From positions 1 to 64,000 of the IMG/VR virus record IMGVR_UViG_3300037483_000352: DNA of 64,000 nt; one strand, given 5' to 3'. This document shows, piece by piece, positions 38,301 through 49,394 of the stretch. Position 1 is the stretch's first letter. Every line of letters starts with the position of its first letter. Made by a program: the position numbers and the translations under genes. The DNA comes from a virus. Its lineage: Duplodnaviria; Caudoviricetes. The notes under the pieces are model-generated. The model did no database searches, was not told where the DNA came from, and saw only the letters and a list, made by a program, of their open reading frames with translations.

Positions 38301-41300
38301 TTGCTGACGGCCGCAGGATGGGCCGTGACGTACGAGGAGCACGCCGTGGTCCTGCGCAGCGGACGGATGGTTCGGGAGATCGTCTATGACGACTCTCTTG
38401 GATCACTCGTCCCGAAACCCGAGGTCGACGTCTTGGTTCTCCTCGGGAAGAGGCGGCACGGGTGAAGCAGCGGAACGTGATCAACCCCGACGGCAAGGGC
38501 CCCCGGATCTGGTGCGGACGCTGCGCCCGGCATGTTCCGGCGCAACAGGCCCCGTGGCCCAGCAGCCGGTACGTGGCGAAGCAGCACACCCATTCGACCA
38601 AGGAGAATTGATCATGACATGGGACAACCCACAGCCCGGCGAGGCCGGGCACGACGACGATCCCGCGAGCAAGAACCCGACAGGGCGCAAGCGGAAGTCG
38701 TCCGCAGGGCAGCGCCGCAAGAAGGACCGGAAGCTCTTCGGCGGGACCCCTTGGGCCAAGCCGAAGCCTGAAGATCCCAAAAAGAAGTGAGTCCCTGTTC
38801 GCGACCTGCGCCCGTCTCGTACGGGCGCAGTGCGGGGCAACAGGGCCCTACGGCACAGGAGAGATGACCATGGCATTCGATGACAGCCCCGCCGACAACA
38901 ATGATCGGCCGTTCGACTATGCCGACGCCAACGACTCGGAAGAGAATGGCGACTGGGAGCCCGTGGGGGTTCACCGGAACTCCGGCCCGTGGTTCACGCC
39001 GTCCGGCGACGGAGACGCCACCGGCGGAGGGCCGTACACCTCGGGGTCCGCGATCGAGGAGTTCGGGAGCGAGGACTGATCATGCCACGTGCCAACGAGG
39101 TCAGCCGCGTACTCGCCGCAGCAGGTCACCGGCGCACGTCGACTTCCCGCACGGAGGTGCACGGCTGGACCGTCCACCATCGGGGGTTCCGGTGTTCGAA
39201 CATGTCCTACGGCAAGGTGCGGGTAGAGCATGTGATCGGCAGTGCTTCCAACGACGTGCCGGAGGAACACCGGCGTGCGACATGCGCGCGGTTCATCGCG
39301 CGATACGCCGAAGACCTGGATCAGAGCTACGACGTGACCGAGATCGAGAACATGTCAGGGCAACCGGTCCTGATCATCCGGGACAGGAAGGAGGACCGAT
39401 CGTGATCCGGCGCTGGAATGGCCAGATCGGAGGCTTCGGCCGTCGACTGGTCCACACGTACGAGAAGCGCGGCGGCATCGACAGGCTGAGCACCTCGGAA
39501 TACATGGTCCACATCACGGTGGGGATCACCTCGGGGCCGGAGGCGGAGAAGGGCCGACGCGTCGACATCGATCTGACCGCTGCACAGGCTCGGCAGATCG
39601 GCAAGGATCTGATCCGCCTCGCCGAGACCGTGGAGAAGGAGAACGACAGCACATGAGCAGTCACCGCGCCGGGGGACCGGCGCAGCACACCAGGGCGCCC
39701 CTGACCACGGGGCGCCTCGCATTGTGGCTGGGGTTCTGGCTGATCATTGCCCTGATGTTCATGGGCCTGGTCGTCACCCTGGCCGGGAAGGGATCGGCAT
39801 GAACCAGCGACGTGATGCCAAGACCGACGCCGCCGAGGTCGACCTGACCGAAGCACGGCGCGCGGCCGACGCGTATCTGTCGGTCGCCCTGCGCCGCCTG
39901 GCTGATGACGACGACGCCATGGCTGGCGTCCGTGACCGGCTGCTGAGCAGGTTCGACTACGGGGACGCTGTTCCGGTCGAGCAAGTGATCGAGGCCTTGG
40001 CCGATCACCTCGGAGGCACGGCATGAGCAAAGACAACTACGGGTCGGTCGACGACAGTCACGCGGTCACCCGGTACGCGATCGTGGAGTGGTTCCCTGCC
40101 GACCATCCCGGTCTCCGGTACGGGTGGTCCGTGGTGACCCGGCTCATGTCCACCCCGGAGCGTGCGCGGGAACGCCTCGCCGAGGTACGCGCGGAACACC
40201 CGGACAAACCCGCTCTGTACTTCCGCGCGGCAGTGATCATCCGGACCTATGAGATCAAGGAGCTGGAAGAGTGGCCAGCAGGATTGCCAAGTACGTGATC
40301 CACGGGGTGGTGGTCAGAGACCCTGGGGGCGGGTGGTGTCGGCCACATGGTGGGGGCGCGTCCCCTGGGGGACGTTCCATCCGTTCGCCACGTGGGCCGA
40401 CGCCGCCGACTATCTGTCTCTGCGGCACCACCTCATGACCGAGGACAAGCCGTACCGGCCGGAACCGCACCGGCCCGGCCGGTCCATTCAGGAGGTACCC
40501 AAGTCCATGCTGCACACCAGCGAGCAGGCCACATGCCCGATCGTGGACGCCCCGGACAACTACCACTTCGAGAGGCTGTGCGAGGACTGCGACGTCAAGG
40601 TCATGGCCGGACTCAACCTGGGTCAGGTGGAGGACCGGTTCGGTCAGGCCCGGATCAGCCGGAACCAACTGGACGCGTACCGGTGGGTGTGGGCTCTGCT
40701 GTCCCCTGCGGGCAGTAACCCGCACTGGAAGAACCAGCCGTATGTGACCGACCCCGACGTCCGCAGGATCTCCCGGAAGCTGCTCCGTTTCCGGGGTCAC
40801 CCGGTACCTGACGTTCTGTCGGAGACCGCGTCATAACCCGGCGGTACGACAACATCAAGGACCTCTGGCCCGAGCCGCCCGTCACCATGATGGACCGGCT
40901 CCGCCAGACCATCGACGTGTGGGGCGACTACCCGGACGACTTCGTGATCGTGATAGCTACGATCGAGGTGTACGGATCCCACGTGTCCACCGGCCTGACG
41001 GTCGGTGATCTCAAGGAGCTGTACTGCCGGGAGCGTCTCGGCACGGACACGGTGATGTACGGCAGCGCGGCCGACAGGCTGCGTGACCGCCTGCGCGAGG
41101 ACATCGAGAAACATGGTCCTCCCCCCGGAGATCCCCACCAGCCCTGAAGGGTGCGGTCATGGGACACAAGCGCGTGCAGCTCAACAAGACCCGGACCACC
41201 AAACGATCAACGACCACAGACAACCGGCACAGCAACCCGGCGACCGACCGAAGCGAGATCCGCAAGGACGTCGCGAAGGTCTGGTGGCCGGACGCCTGAC

Positions 41301-41666
41301 CGCCGCACCACAGCGAGCCCCGGAGCAGTCGGCCGGGGCTCGCTGTGGCACTACGGAAGGAGGCCGCCAGCCATGCGCGACTACGACCCGGAGAAGGACG
41401 GCTGGGTCCACCGGGTCACCCCGCGAGCGGACCGATTCCCCAGTGGCGATCTGTGCCACAACGGGCGTGATCATGAGTTCGCCTCGGGTGAGTGCGTCCA
41501 CTGCCTGAAGCCGGATCCGTACCAGGACCGGCCCGCCATGGTGCACGCGTACGACACCCGGAACGATCACATCTGCTTCGCCGGTTGCCGACACGCGCGT
41601 ACCCCGGACGGCCGGTACCTCCGGAACCGTCCGCCGGATTTCGATGATCTGTACCCCGACGACTGA
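35388..41666 (+). other. array of ~20 small hypothetical accessory genes (e.g. 35388-35690, 35862-36122, 36127-36417, 36420-36752, 36755-37219, 37236-37709, 37716-38018, 38032-38253, 38256-38465, 38614-38790, 38870-39079, 39082-39405, 39402-39656, 39799-40026, 40023-40298, 41373-41666)
   Basis: Co-oriented, mostly coupled ORFs with RBSs; no family recognised by eye. Confidence 0.55.
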
Positions 41667-41677
41667 GAGAGATCCGT

Positions 41678-42010
41678 ATGAGCACCCATACGAAAGCGAC
41701 CGGCTACCTGAATCACACGGGTCTGGTCGACGCGGTAGCAGCTGAATCCGGAGTCGACCGGGAGACCGTGGGCAGGGTTCTGCGGGCCACGTTCGACGTC
41801 GTCGGCCGGACCGTGTCCGCCGGTCTGGAGGTCCGCGTGACCAACTTCGGCACGTGGAGCCGCCGGATGATCCGCGCAACCCGCAACCCGCAGACCGGTG
41901 AGACCTCCGGCCCTTCGGCATCCGTAGGGTTCCGTCCCACCGGCAGGCTGACCGAGTGGGTCAAGTCGGGCCAGCCGTCGGCCACCCTCAAGAAGGACCG
42001 GAGCCACTGA
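41678..42010 (+). CDS. HU/IHF-like histone-like DNA-binding protein
   Basis: LNHTGLVDAVAAESGVDRETVGRVLRATFDVVGRTVSAGLEVRVTNFGTW..R...TRNPQTGE...VGFRPTGRL. Confidence 0.9.
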   Translation: MSTHTKATGYLNHTGLVDAVAAESGVDRETVGRVLRATFDVVGRTVSAGLEVRVTNFGTWSRRMIRATRNPQTGETSGPSASVGFRPTGRLTEWVKSGQPSATLKKDRSH

Positions 42011-42316
42011 TCACGTACTGGACAAGGTCCGGCTGATCACCCACCACCCACAGATGTCCGGGTCCATGATGGTCCGGACGGGATACCACAACTCAACAGA
42101 TCCGAGATGATCGCCATGAACGGCGAGATCCGATCGACAGCAGTAACCGCGTCGTGCATACCGGCCGTCGAACTGGCCCACTACCTGGACCCGTACGACT
42201 ACGACGGCGGCCCGTTCCAGTGTCTGGCCCCGGGGCGTCCCCGGACCGTAGCGGAGACCACCCGTGATGCGGGCCCTGTGCCCGTCTCTGACCTCCCGAG
42301 CACACCCCCGGACGTG

Positions 42317-42364
42317 GGGTACCCGCTCGCGGGGTGAGGCCGTCAGACGGCCGTACAGAGCTTC
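42317..42364 (+). repeat. dispersed bipartite repeat, short copy
   Basis: GGGTACC-N20-CAGACGGCCGTACAGAGCTTC. Confidence 0.75.
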
Positions 42365-42482
42365 GGGCCGGGGAGGTGAACCGCATGCTGAACTACGCGA
42401 TCGGGGTTGTTGTCCTGATCATCCTGGTAGTCATCCTCATATCCATCATCTAGCGCGTGAAGCCCCGGGCAGCCGGGGTGAT

Positions 42483-42556
42483 GTGCACGTAGCTCAGCCC
42501 GGTAGAGCGCGGTCCTGATAAGGCCGGAGCCGCTGGTTCGAATCCAGCCGTGCGCA
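42483..42556 (+). tRNA. tRNA-Ile, anticodon GAT
   Basis: GTGCACG/CGTGCGC-A, D-stem GCTC/GAGC, CGGTC-CTGATAA-GGCCG, T-arm GCTGG-TTCGAAT-CCAGC. Confidence 0.92.
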
Positions 42557-42594
42557 CTCCTGACCACCACCCGCACCCACGAGAAGGATCACCT

Positions 42595-42864
42595 ATGTCA
42601 TTCAACGACCGCTTGATCGGTGCGTTCACCGTCCAGCCGAACAGGTTGGCGCCGGGCGACGTGATCGCCGACATGGAGGGACGCCGGGCAATCCGGATAG
42701 ACCAGATCAAGCCCATACTGATCAACTGCCACGGACACGAGACCCCGGTCTGGTGGATCAAGGGAACGCAGGACAGGGATGACGGGTGGTTCAACATCCC
42801 GGTCATCACAGTCTGTGTCCCCCGCCAGCCCTGGTACCGGCTCGCACGTTCCGACAGGGCGTGA
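42595..42864 (+). CDS. hypothetical protein
   Basis: AAGGA RBS and ATG at 42595. Confidence 0.55.
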   Translation: MSFNDRLIGAFTVQPNRLAPGDVIADMEGRRAIRIDQIKPILINCHGHETPVWWIKGTQDRDDGWFNIPVITVCVPRQPWYRLARSDRA

Positions 42865-42949
42865 CACACCCGCTGTCCGCAACGGTCCTGGCATCCGCCG
42901 GGGCCGTTGCCCGGTGGCAGCTCAACCGAGCACCGGAAGGAGGTACATC

Positions 42950-43198
42950 GTGGACGCTCTGACGAAACGTCAGCTGGAGGTCACCCGGCTTGCCGCCGGG
43001 GGACTGACCAACGCCGAGATAGCAACTGAACTGGGGATCAAGCCGGAGTCCGTGAAGTCCCACCTCTCCGGCGCGTGCAGGAAAATGGGTGCGCGCAACC
43101 GCGCGCACCTGGTGCACCTGGCCCACGGGGCCGGGCTCTTCGAGGGGACGAAGGCCGGTGTGCGCTCACGAGACACCACAGGAAGCCGCGCGTTGTAG
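42950..43198 (+). CDS. LuxR-type HTH DNA-binding protein
   Basis: LTKRQLEVTRLAAGGLTNAEIATELGIKPESVKSHLSGACRKMGARNRAHLV; GGAGG RBS. Confidence 0.9.
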   Translation: MDALTKRQLEVTRLAAGGLTNAEIATELGIKPESVKSHLSGACRKMGARNRAHLVHLAHGAGLFEGTKAGVRSRDTTGSRAL

Positions 43199-45442
43199 TT
43201 GCACGGGGTACGGGTTCGGAGATCCCCCGTGCCGGTGCGGTCACCCCAGGTCCCAGCACCTGGACGGCACCGGAGCCTGCGTGATCGCAGCCTCCCGGTG
43301 CCACGAGTTCGTGATCCGGATGGACGAGCCGTTCCCGGTGACCGTCGCCCTGGTGAACGCAGCCGCCGACGCGATCATGATCGAGATGGGGTTCGATCCG
43401 GCCGTTGCCCAGCAGACCGCCATGTCCGCACTCTTCGCGGGCCGCCGTCATGCCACCGAACGAGACACGGAGCTGGACCGTGTCCGTGCCCAGAACGACC
43501 GCCTGCGCAAGCAACTGGCGCGGGCAGAACGGAGGTTCACCCCAGATGACCGATGACACCAACCGCATACCGGGCTCGTGCCCCTGGTGCGTCCGGGTGC
43601 GCTGCGACCATATGCACAGGACCGGGGATCCACGGCTGCACTGGCCGTGCAACTGGTCGGGGTACCGGCGCCGGGGTGACGCACACAAGCCGTGCCCGTG
43701 GTGCTGGACGACCGTGGGCCCGTTCACCGTCAGCCCGGTGTTCCACCGGATGGGCCACATCTGTACGAGCAAGCCGAGGGAGAAGCGGTGAGCACGGTTC
43801 ACGGCCTCGCGTGCAACGGGTGCAGGGCCAGCATCCTGTTCACCCGGGAGCGCGGCGGCCAGGTTCCGACCAAGGCCGTCATGGAACAGGTCGCGCGGGA
43901 CACAGGATGGAACGCACCGGACAAGCTCGGACGTCACTGGTGCCCGAAGTGCCGAGCAAACGGAAGGAAGCGCAAGCAGTGATCATAAATAGTCTGATGC
44001 CGCAATCGGAGTTCGAGGCTGAGCGGCTGCGGATAGGGTCCACCCCGGCCGCTCCGTGCCCCCCGGAGCTGGAGACCTACTGCCTGGTGTGCCGCCGCAT
44101 GGTGGAGGCCAGGCCGTGCGACAGGGGCCGGTCGTTCATCCCGGTCCGGCACTTCCGGGTGGACCTCAGCTTGCAGGACCGCGAGACCGTCATGTGCACC
44201 GGGACGTACGTCCAGGGTCCCGGCCCGGGGTTCGGGGCCGAGGATCCCATGGCCGTATTCCACGGTGAGCCGGAGAGGAAGGCGGTCTGGACATGGCAAT
44301 AGAACCGCTGCCGGGAGACCCACCGTGGCTGACCGACCGTCGCCGGGAGTTCGTCCGCCGGGTCGAGGAGGCCCACGAGGCCGGTCGGCCGTACACCGGT
44401 GATCCGTATGATGATCAATTCGCTCCGCGAGATCCACGGTTCGAGTGGGTCAATACCCAGACCATGGGCGAGGCCGCACCGACATGGCTCAAGGCAGGGT
44501 GCCGTCACCTCACCCCGGCGCCGGTCGACCTGCGCACAACGGAGCTGGTGGCCTGGTGGTGCCCTGACTGCGGGCGGCAGTTCGACCGCGACCGCTGGCC
44601 GGTGCCCGATGGTATGTGGGTGCCGCTGCCGGACGTCATCCGGCCGGTGTCCGGCCTGGCCCATGAGGTCACGGTGTTGCCGTCCAACGGGTTCGAGCAG
44701 TGCGAGAAGTGGGTTGGGGCGGACGCCCTGATCGATCGGGCGCACATCGACAACGTCCCGGTGGTTCTTCCGGACGGGTCGACCTACATCCCGCTGTGGC
44801 AGAACCCCCGGATGACCGGCTCCGGGGACCTGATCCCGTGGACCACGTGGGCCAGGAAGTTGCTCGCACCCGCATGGGACTTGGCCAAGAACATGATCGT
44901 CATCATGGCTTCGACATCCCCGTTCCTGGTCCCGCTCCTGTACATCGTCGGCTCGATGATCGGATGGTGGTCCTGATGGGCGACACCGACCCGGACCGCG
45001 AGGAAGAGTTCACCGACCACCTCCAGGACAACGACCCCGACCGGGCCGCGACGGCATGGGTCACCCTGTGCCTGATCGTGGCCGTCCTGCTCGTAACGAT
45101 CGCCGTGGAGGCACTCCTATGAGGGAGTACAGCATGCCGGACGGAACGCCTGTACCGGCCGAACTGCAAGAGAAGATCGCCGCCGACGTCCGGGACTTCG
45201 ACCGGGCGCAGACCCCGGAGGCCCGCCAGGCCGTGGCGCTGCGGAAGATCTCCGCCGAGCTGCCGCGCATCCGCGCGGCGATGACCGGTGAGGATCAGTC
45301 CGTCCAGGCGCGGCAGGCCACGGCCCTGGAGATCATGGCCCTGAGCGAGCTGGGATTCCCCGCAGACACCCTGCGGTCTACTCCCCTGGCTCAGCGGCTC
45401 ATGTTCCGCTACGGGCTGACCGGCTCGGAGCCGCTGCTGTGA
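43199..45442 (+). other. hypothetical genes (ending 43556; 43546-43791, 43788-43982, 43979-44302, 44293-44976, 44976-45122, 45119-45442), several Cys/His-rich
   Basis: Coupled ORFs; 44293-44976 ends in a TM helix. Confidence 0.5.
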
Positions 45443-45469
45443 ATGAATCCGGGCACTAGGCTGACCGCC

Positions 45470-46012
45470 ATGACTCGATACGCACCGAAGCCCGGGGACA
45501 TCGGCCTGGTCGCCATCCCCGGGACCGGAGGCAAGTTGATCAGGGCCCTTCAGTGGGCGAATGCGGACGGCTGGTCCGAGTGGCAGCACGCGTTCACCTG
45601 CGTCGGCTGGGGCAAGGTGATCGAGGCCATGCCGGGAGGCGCCCGCCAGGCTCCGGTCGGCCACTACAACGAAGACGAGATCCTGTGGCTGCGGTGCCCT
45701 CCGCAGTACGGGGTGGCTGTGGCGCAGGCCGCCCTCGGGATGATCGGCACACCGTACAGCTTCCTGGACTATGGTGCCCTCGCGCTGCACCGGTTCCGCA
45801 TCCCGGCGCCGCACCTGCGCGCGTACATCGAGACGTCCAAGCACCAGATCTGTAGCCAGCTGGCCGACCGGGCGGCCCTGCTGGGCGGCTGGTACATCTT
45901 TGATGACGGCCGGTGGCCGGGGTACGTCACGCCTAACGATCTAGTACGGGTGGCCCTGGCGCAGTCCCGGGACATCACCACGTACATCGAACGGTGGAAG
46001 GGCCCGCGCTAA
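45470..46012 (+). CDS. permuted papain-like amidase (YiiX/YaeF, permuted NlpC/P60)
   Basis: PKPGDIGLV...WQHAF...VIEAMPGG...IGTPYSFLDY...ICSQLADRA...VTPNDL; catalytic His precedes Cys. Confidence 0.8.
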   Translation: MTRYAPKPGDIGLVAIPGTGGKLIRALQWANADGWSEWQHAFTCVGWGKVIEAMPGGARQAPVGHYNEDEILWLRCPPQYGVAVAQAALGMIGTPYSFLDYGALALHRFRIPAPHLRAYIETSKHQICSQLADRAALLGGWYIFDDGRWPGYVTPNDLVRVALAQSRDITTYIERWKGPR

Positions 46013-46021
46013 CCTGTCGGC

Positions 46022-46458
46022 ATGACGGACGTGCGCGCATCGAAGCTCCCCTTCGGACCCGGGTCGTCTCTGTGGGCCTATTGGACGAAGGGGAAGGGCG
46101 CGGCCAAGTGGACCGGCGCGGCCAAGAAGTGGTCCACCCTGAACAAACTGCTCAAGGCGGCAGGTGTCCCGGCCAAGGTGGTTGACGGCCTGACAACGAA
46201 CATCATCGAAGCCGTGATGCCTGGCTATATGGACTCCAAGCAGAAGAAAGGCAAGTACGCTAAATGATCACCGACCCCGACAAGAAGGCCACCAAGCGCG
46301 GCTGGTTCCGCACGCTGTTCTCGCCATTCATGGGCGCCAACATCCGGCGCGCGCGGCTACAGACCCGCGACGTCCAGGACGCACGCGCGAATCTTCGCGC
46401 CCAGCGGTCCGCCAACGCCGACGTGAAGGAACTCCGTCGGCGCGGCATCCTCAAGTAG
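46022..46458 (+). other. two small basic hypothetical genes (46022-46267, 46264-46458)
   Basis: Coupled Lys/Arg-rich ORFs. Confidence 0.55.
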
Positions 46459-46459
46459 A

Positions 46460-47245
46460 TCACTGCACGTACGGCAGGCGCCGGGTCCGGACCATGTCCG
46501 GGTCGGCGCCCTTCGCATGCCGCCCGTTGCTCTTCCGGGGCCGCTCCGCCTTCCGCGCGTAGGCCCGTGCGAAGTACCCCAGGGTCAGGCCGTAGGTGCC
46601 GTGTCCCAGGCAGGAGTTCACGAACGTCTGCCAGCTCAGCCGGAACAGCTGGGTCTGCGCCTGGGGAAAGATCCACAGAGTCAGGATCATCCCGAGGCCG
46701 ATCATCGACGCGTACCCCAGGCCGGTCTTCGGCCCCCACCACTTCCGGGGCATGAGAACCCCGTAGACGACCCCGAGCCCCGCGCCGTTGCCGAAGGTCC
46801 GCCACAGGTACCCGAGCCACCACGGAGCGCCGTCGCCGACCAGCATCGTGCCGATGTGCGGTATCGGGTCGGCTCCGCCCTGGCTGTAGCTCAGGGCCAG
46901 GCGCATCAGGTCATACAGCAGGACCGCCACCACCCCGGCCACGAAACCGGTGAGCGCTCCCCGGCCGACCGCCGGGAGGAGCGACCCCAGGACGATGATG
47001 GCGATGTACGCCGGGACGACCACCAGACCCAGGACGACAGGCAGCGGTACGAATCCTGCGTACGCGGCAGACAGGCACAGGATCGGCGTCGCCCCGCATG
47101 CCGCGCACGCCAGCCTGGCGCCCGCGTCGGTGATCTGCTCGAAGCCCAGACCGGCCGGAAGAGTGCCGGTGGGGGGTCCGGTCAGGAAGACCAGGCACCC
47201 GACCCCGAGCAGGACGAATCCCACCAGCGGGATCAGGGCGGTCAC
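46460..47245 (-). CDS. multi-pass membrane protein
   Basis: GTG at 47245 overlaps the upstream stop; about seven hydrophobic segments; conserved-looking YDLMR, NGAGLG, HGTYG. Confidence 0.75.
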   Translation of the reverse strand: MTALIPLVGFVLLGVGCLVFLTGPPTGTLPAGLGFEQITDAGARLACAACGATPILCLSAAYAGFVPLPVVLGLVVVPAYIAIIVLGSLLPAVGRGALTGFVAGVVAVLLYDLMRLALSYSQGGADPIPHIGTMLVGDGAPWWLGYLWRTFGNGAGLGVVYGVLMPRKWWGPKTGLGYASMIGLGMILTLWIFPQAQTQLFRLSWQTFVNSCLGHGTYGLTLGYFARAYARKAERPRKSNGRHAKGADPDMVRTRRLPYVQ

Positions 47246-48096
47246 CGCCCAATGACCTTGAAGTCGAACGTGTCGAACGCCTGCACCTCGGTCGCCTTGG
47301 ACGTCGGGAGCTGCGGGTGTCCGGGCACCGAGCAGTAGACATCGCCCCGGTACGTGCCGCGCGGCAGACCGGTGATCTTCGCCGTCACGTCGCCCTTGAA
47401 CCCCTGGATCCCGGAGAACGCCGCGTCGTAGTCCTCGCCCGGCAGCGCGTTGAACCCGCGCAGGGTGGTCACCCCGAGGTGGCAGTGCAGCAACGGCCGT
47501 CCGTTGGCGTCCAGCTCCCCGGGCCGCTCGTGCAGCGTCGTTCCGGCGCCGCCGGTCGCGTCGAACGTGAACGCGTTGAGATCCAGTACGCCCTGGTTGT
47601 CCGCCACCACGATGCGCACCTTGATGCCCGCGCTCCTGCGCACGAGGAGCGGCGCCTGTGTGGTCACCCGGACCGGGTGGTCGGCGATCTCGCCCAGCGG
47701 GGTCGAGACGCACGTGTTGCCCTTGTCGGCCAGACCCTCGCCCGGCGGCAGACCGGAGTCGTCGCAGTAGTTCGAGGTCTCCGGGTCGGCCGGGGTCTGC
47801 CGGATGTTCTCCACCGGCGTCCCGCGCACGATGGTCACGGTTCCCGGCCGGACGGCCGCCACCGGGGGGGCCGTCGTCGTGGCGGGTGCCGTGACGGTCC
47901 CTGACGGGGTCTGTGACGCGCTCTCCCCGTGCCCCTGGTGGTCCTGTACCACCGGGGCTGTCGTCGTGGCCGACGCGGACGCTGAGGGGTCCGGGGTCTG
48001 GTGCGCGCTGGCCGTGGTGCAACCGGCGAGGAGCGCCATCCCGGCCGCCCCGGCAGACAGACGCTTCACGTAGATCGTGCGGATCTTGAGAGGCAT
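47242..48096 (-). CDS. secreted lipoprotein with Cys/His-containing C-terminal domain
   Basis: Lipobox LAGC, Thr/Pro/Ala linker, then NYC...NTCVSTPLGEI...LDANGRPLLHCH...AFSGI...GLPRGTYR...GHP. Confidence 0.8.
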   Translation of the reverse strand: MPLKIRTIYVKRLSAGAAGMALLAGCTTASAHQTPDPSASASATTTAPVVQDHQGHGESASQTPSGTVTAPATTTAPPVAAVRPGTVTIVRGTPVENIRQTPADPETSNYCDDSGLPPGEGLADKGNTCVSTPLGEIADHPVRVTTQAPLLVRRSAGIKVRIVVADNQGVLDLNAFTFDATGGAGTTLHERPGELDANGRPLLHCHLGVTTLRGFNALPGEDYDAAFSGIQGFKGDVTAKITGLPRGTYRGDVYCSVPGHPQLPTSKATEVQAFDTFDFKVIGR

Positions 48097-48161
48097 GGTG
48101 TGGTCCTTACGTGGGTGCCGACTGGCATCGATCAGCATACAGATCGTTGAAGGGAGTACAG

Positions 48162-49339
48162 ATGAGCAGGAAGAGCCGCATGGCCCGGAGCCTGGCAGCC
48201 ATGGACACATGGACGAGTCTCGCCCACCGGGAATCCAAACTTCCCCGGTGGTACTGCCCGTCCTGCGGGATGGTCCGCGCCGAGGAGTCATGGGGCAGCC
48301 AGCAGGTGATCGGGGACCGGGTGATCGCCCATTACAAGAACACCGACGTGAAGGACAAGGTGCTCTGTCCCGGAGGGAAGATCGACGTGGTCAGGGACCG
48401 GGCGCCGTGACCACCTACGACGAAGACGGCCGCCGGTCGGACGTCGCGGAGCCGGGCGAGATCCGGCTGTGCGCGCGCATGTGCGGCACGTGCATCTTCC
48501 GGCCGGGCAACCTCATGCACCTCGCACCCGGACGGGTGGCCGACATGGTCAAGTCTGCGCGGGCCGATGAGGGTCACATCACGTGTCACAAGACGCTGGA
48601 CACGGACGCCCCGGCGATCTGCCGTGGCTACGCGGACGGACCCGATCAGGGCCGGAGCCTCGCGCTGCGGATCGGCCGTATCGCGGGGTGGCTCCGCGAG
48701 GTCGAGCCCCCGGACAAGGAGGAGTGACCGTGGACGGAAGGGACATGCGGCCGGTCCGGTACACCAACATCGATCCGCCGCCGGACAACAGCTGTGCGGA
48801 CTGCGCAGCGCTGAACACCCACCGCGCGTTCTGCCCGGCTCACCGGCGCCCCGGGGCACCCTGCCTGTGGTGCGGCGGCCGGGGGTTCCGGGTGGCCTAC
48901 GACCGATGGATCCGATGCAAGGAAGGATGACCATGTACAACTGCTTCGCGCCCCGCTGCCGGTTCCGTACCGAGGACCGGGCCGCGTTCGCCGACCACAC
49001 CCGGAAGGCGCACGGTGAACCGCCGCTCGGAGAAGTGCAGCTGACGGACTGCGTGTTCCATGGTCATGTGTACCCCGAGCACGATTTCACCTACGGCAAC
49101 GAGTGCCGCCGGTGCGGAGCGGAGGCCGAGTGATCCCGCCGGGCGAGTCTACGATCACCGTCCCGCCGCTGACCGCGTTCATGGTCGCCATGATCCGGAT
49201 CAACGGCGACATGGGCCGGGCCCTGCGGTACCGGACCGGCCGGGCCGGATACATCGTCCTGGCGTTCCTGGTCTGCCTGTGGCTGCGACTGGTGATGGAC
49301 ATGCTCCCCGGCCTGGCCGACTTCCTGCTCAACCCGTGA
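48162..49339 (+). other. five small genes (48162-48410, 48407-48727, ~48730-48930, ~48927-49133, 49130-49339), four Cys-rich and one membrane
   Basis: Coupled ORFs. Confidence 0.5.
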
Positions 49340-49348
49340 CACAACCTG

Positions 49349-49393
49349 CGCAAAAATGCCCCCTCTCCGATCCGGAGAGGGGGCATTTTTGCG
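49349..49393. terminator. bidirectional rho-independent terminator
   Basis: CGCAAAAATGCCCCCTCTCCG-ATC-CGGAGAGGGGGCATTTTTGCG, a perfect 21-bp stem between convergent genes. Confidence 0.9.
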
Positions 49394-49394
49394 T

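Noticed and set aside
46460-48022. 520-aa ORF as a single protein
   Set aside because: The N-terminal half overlaps the lipoprotein gene in another frame; the real start is most likely the coupled GTG at 47245.
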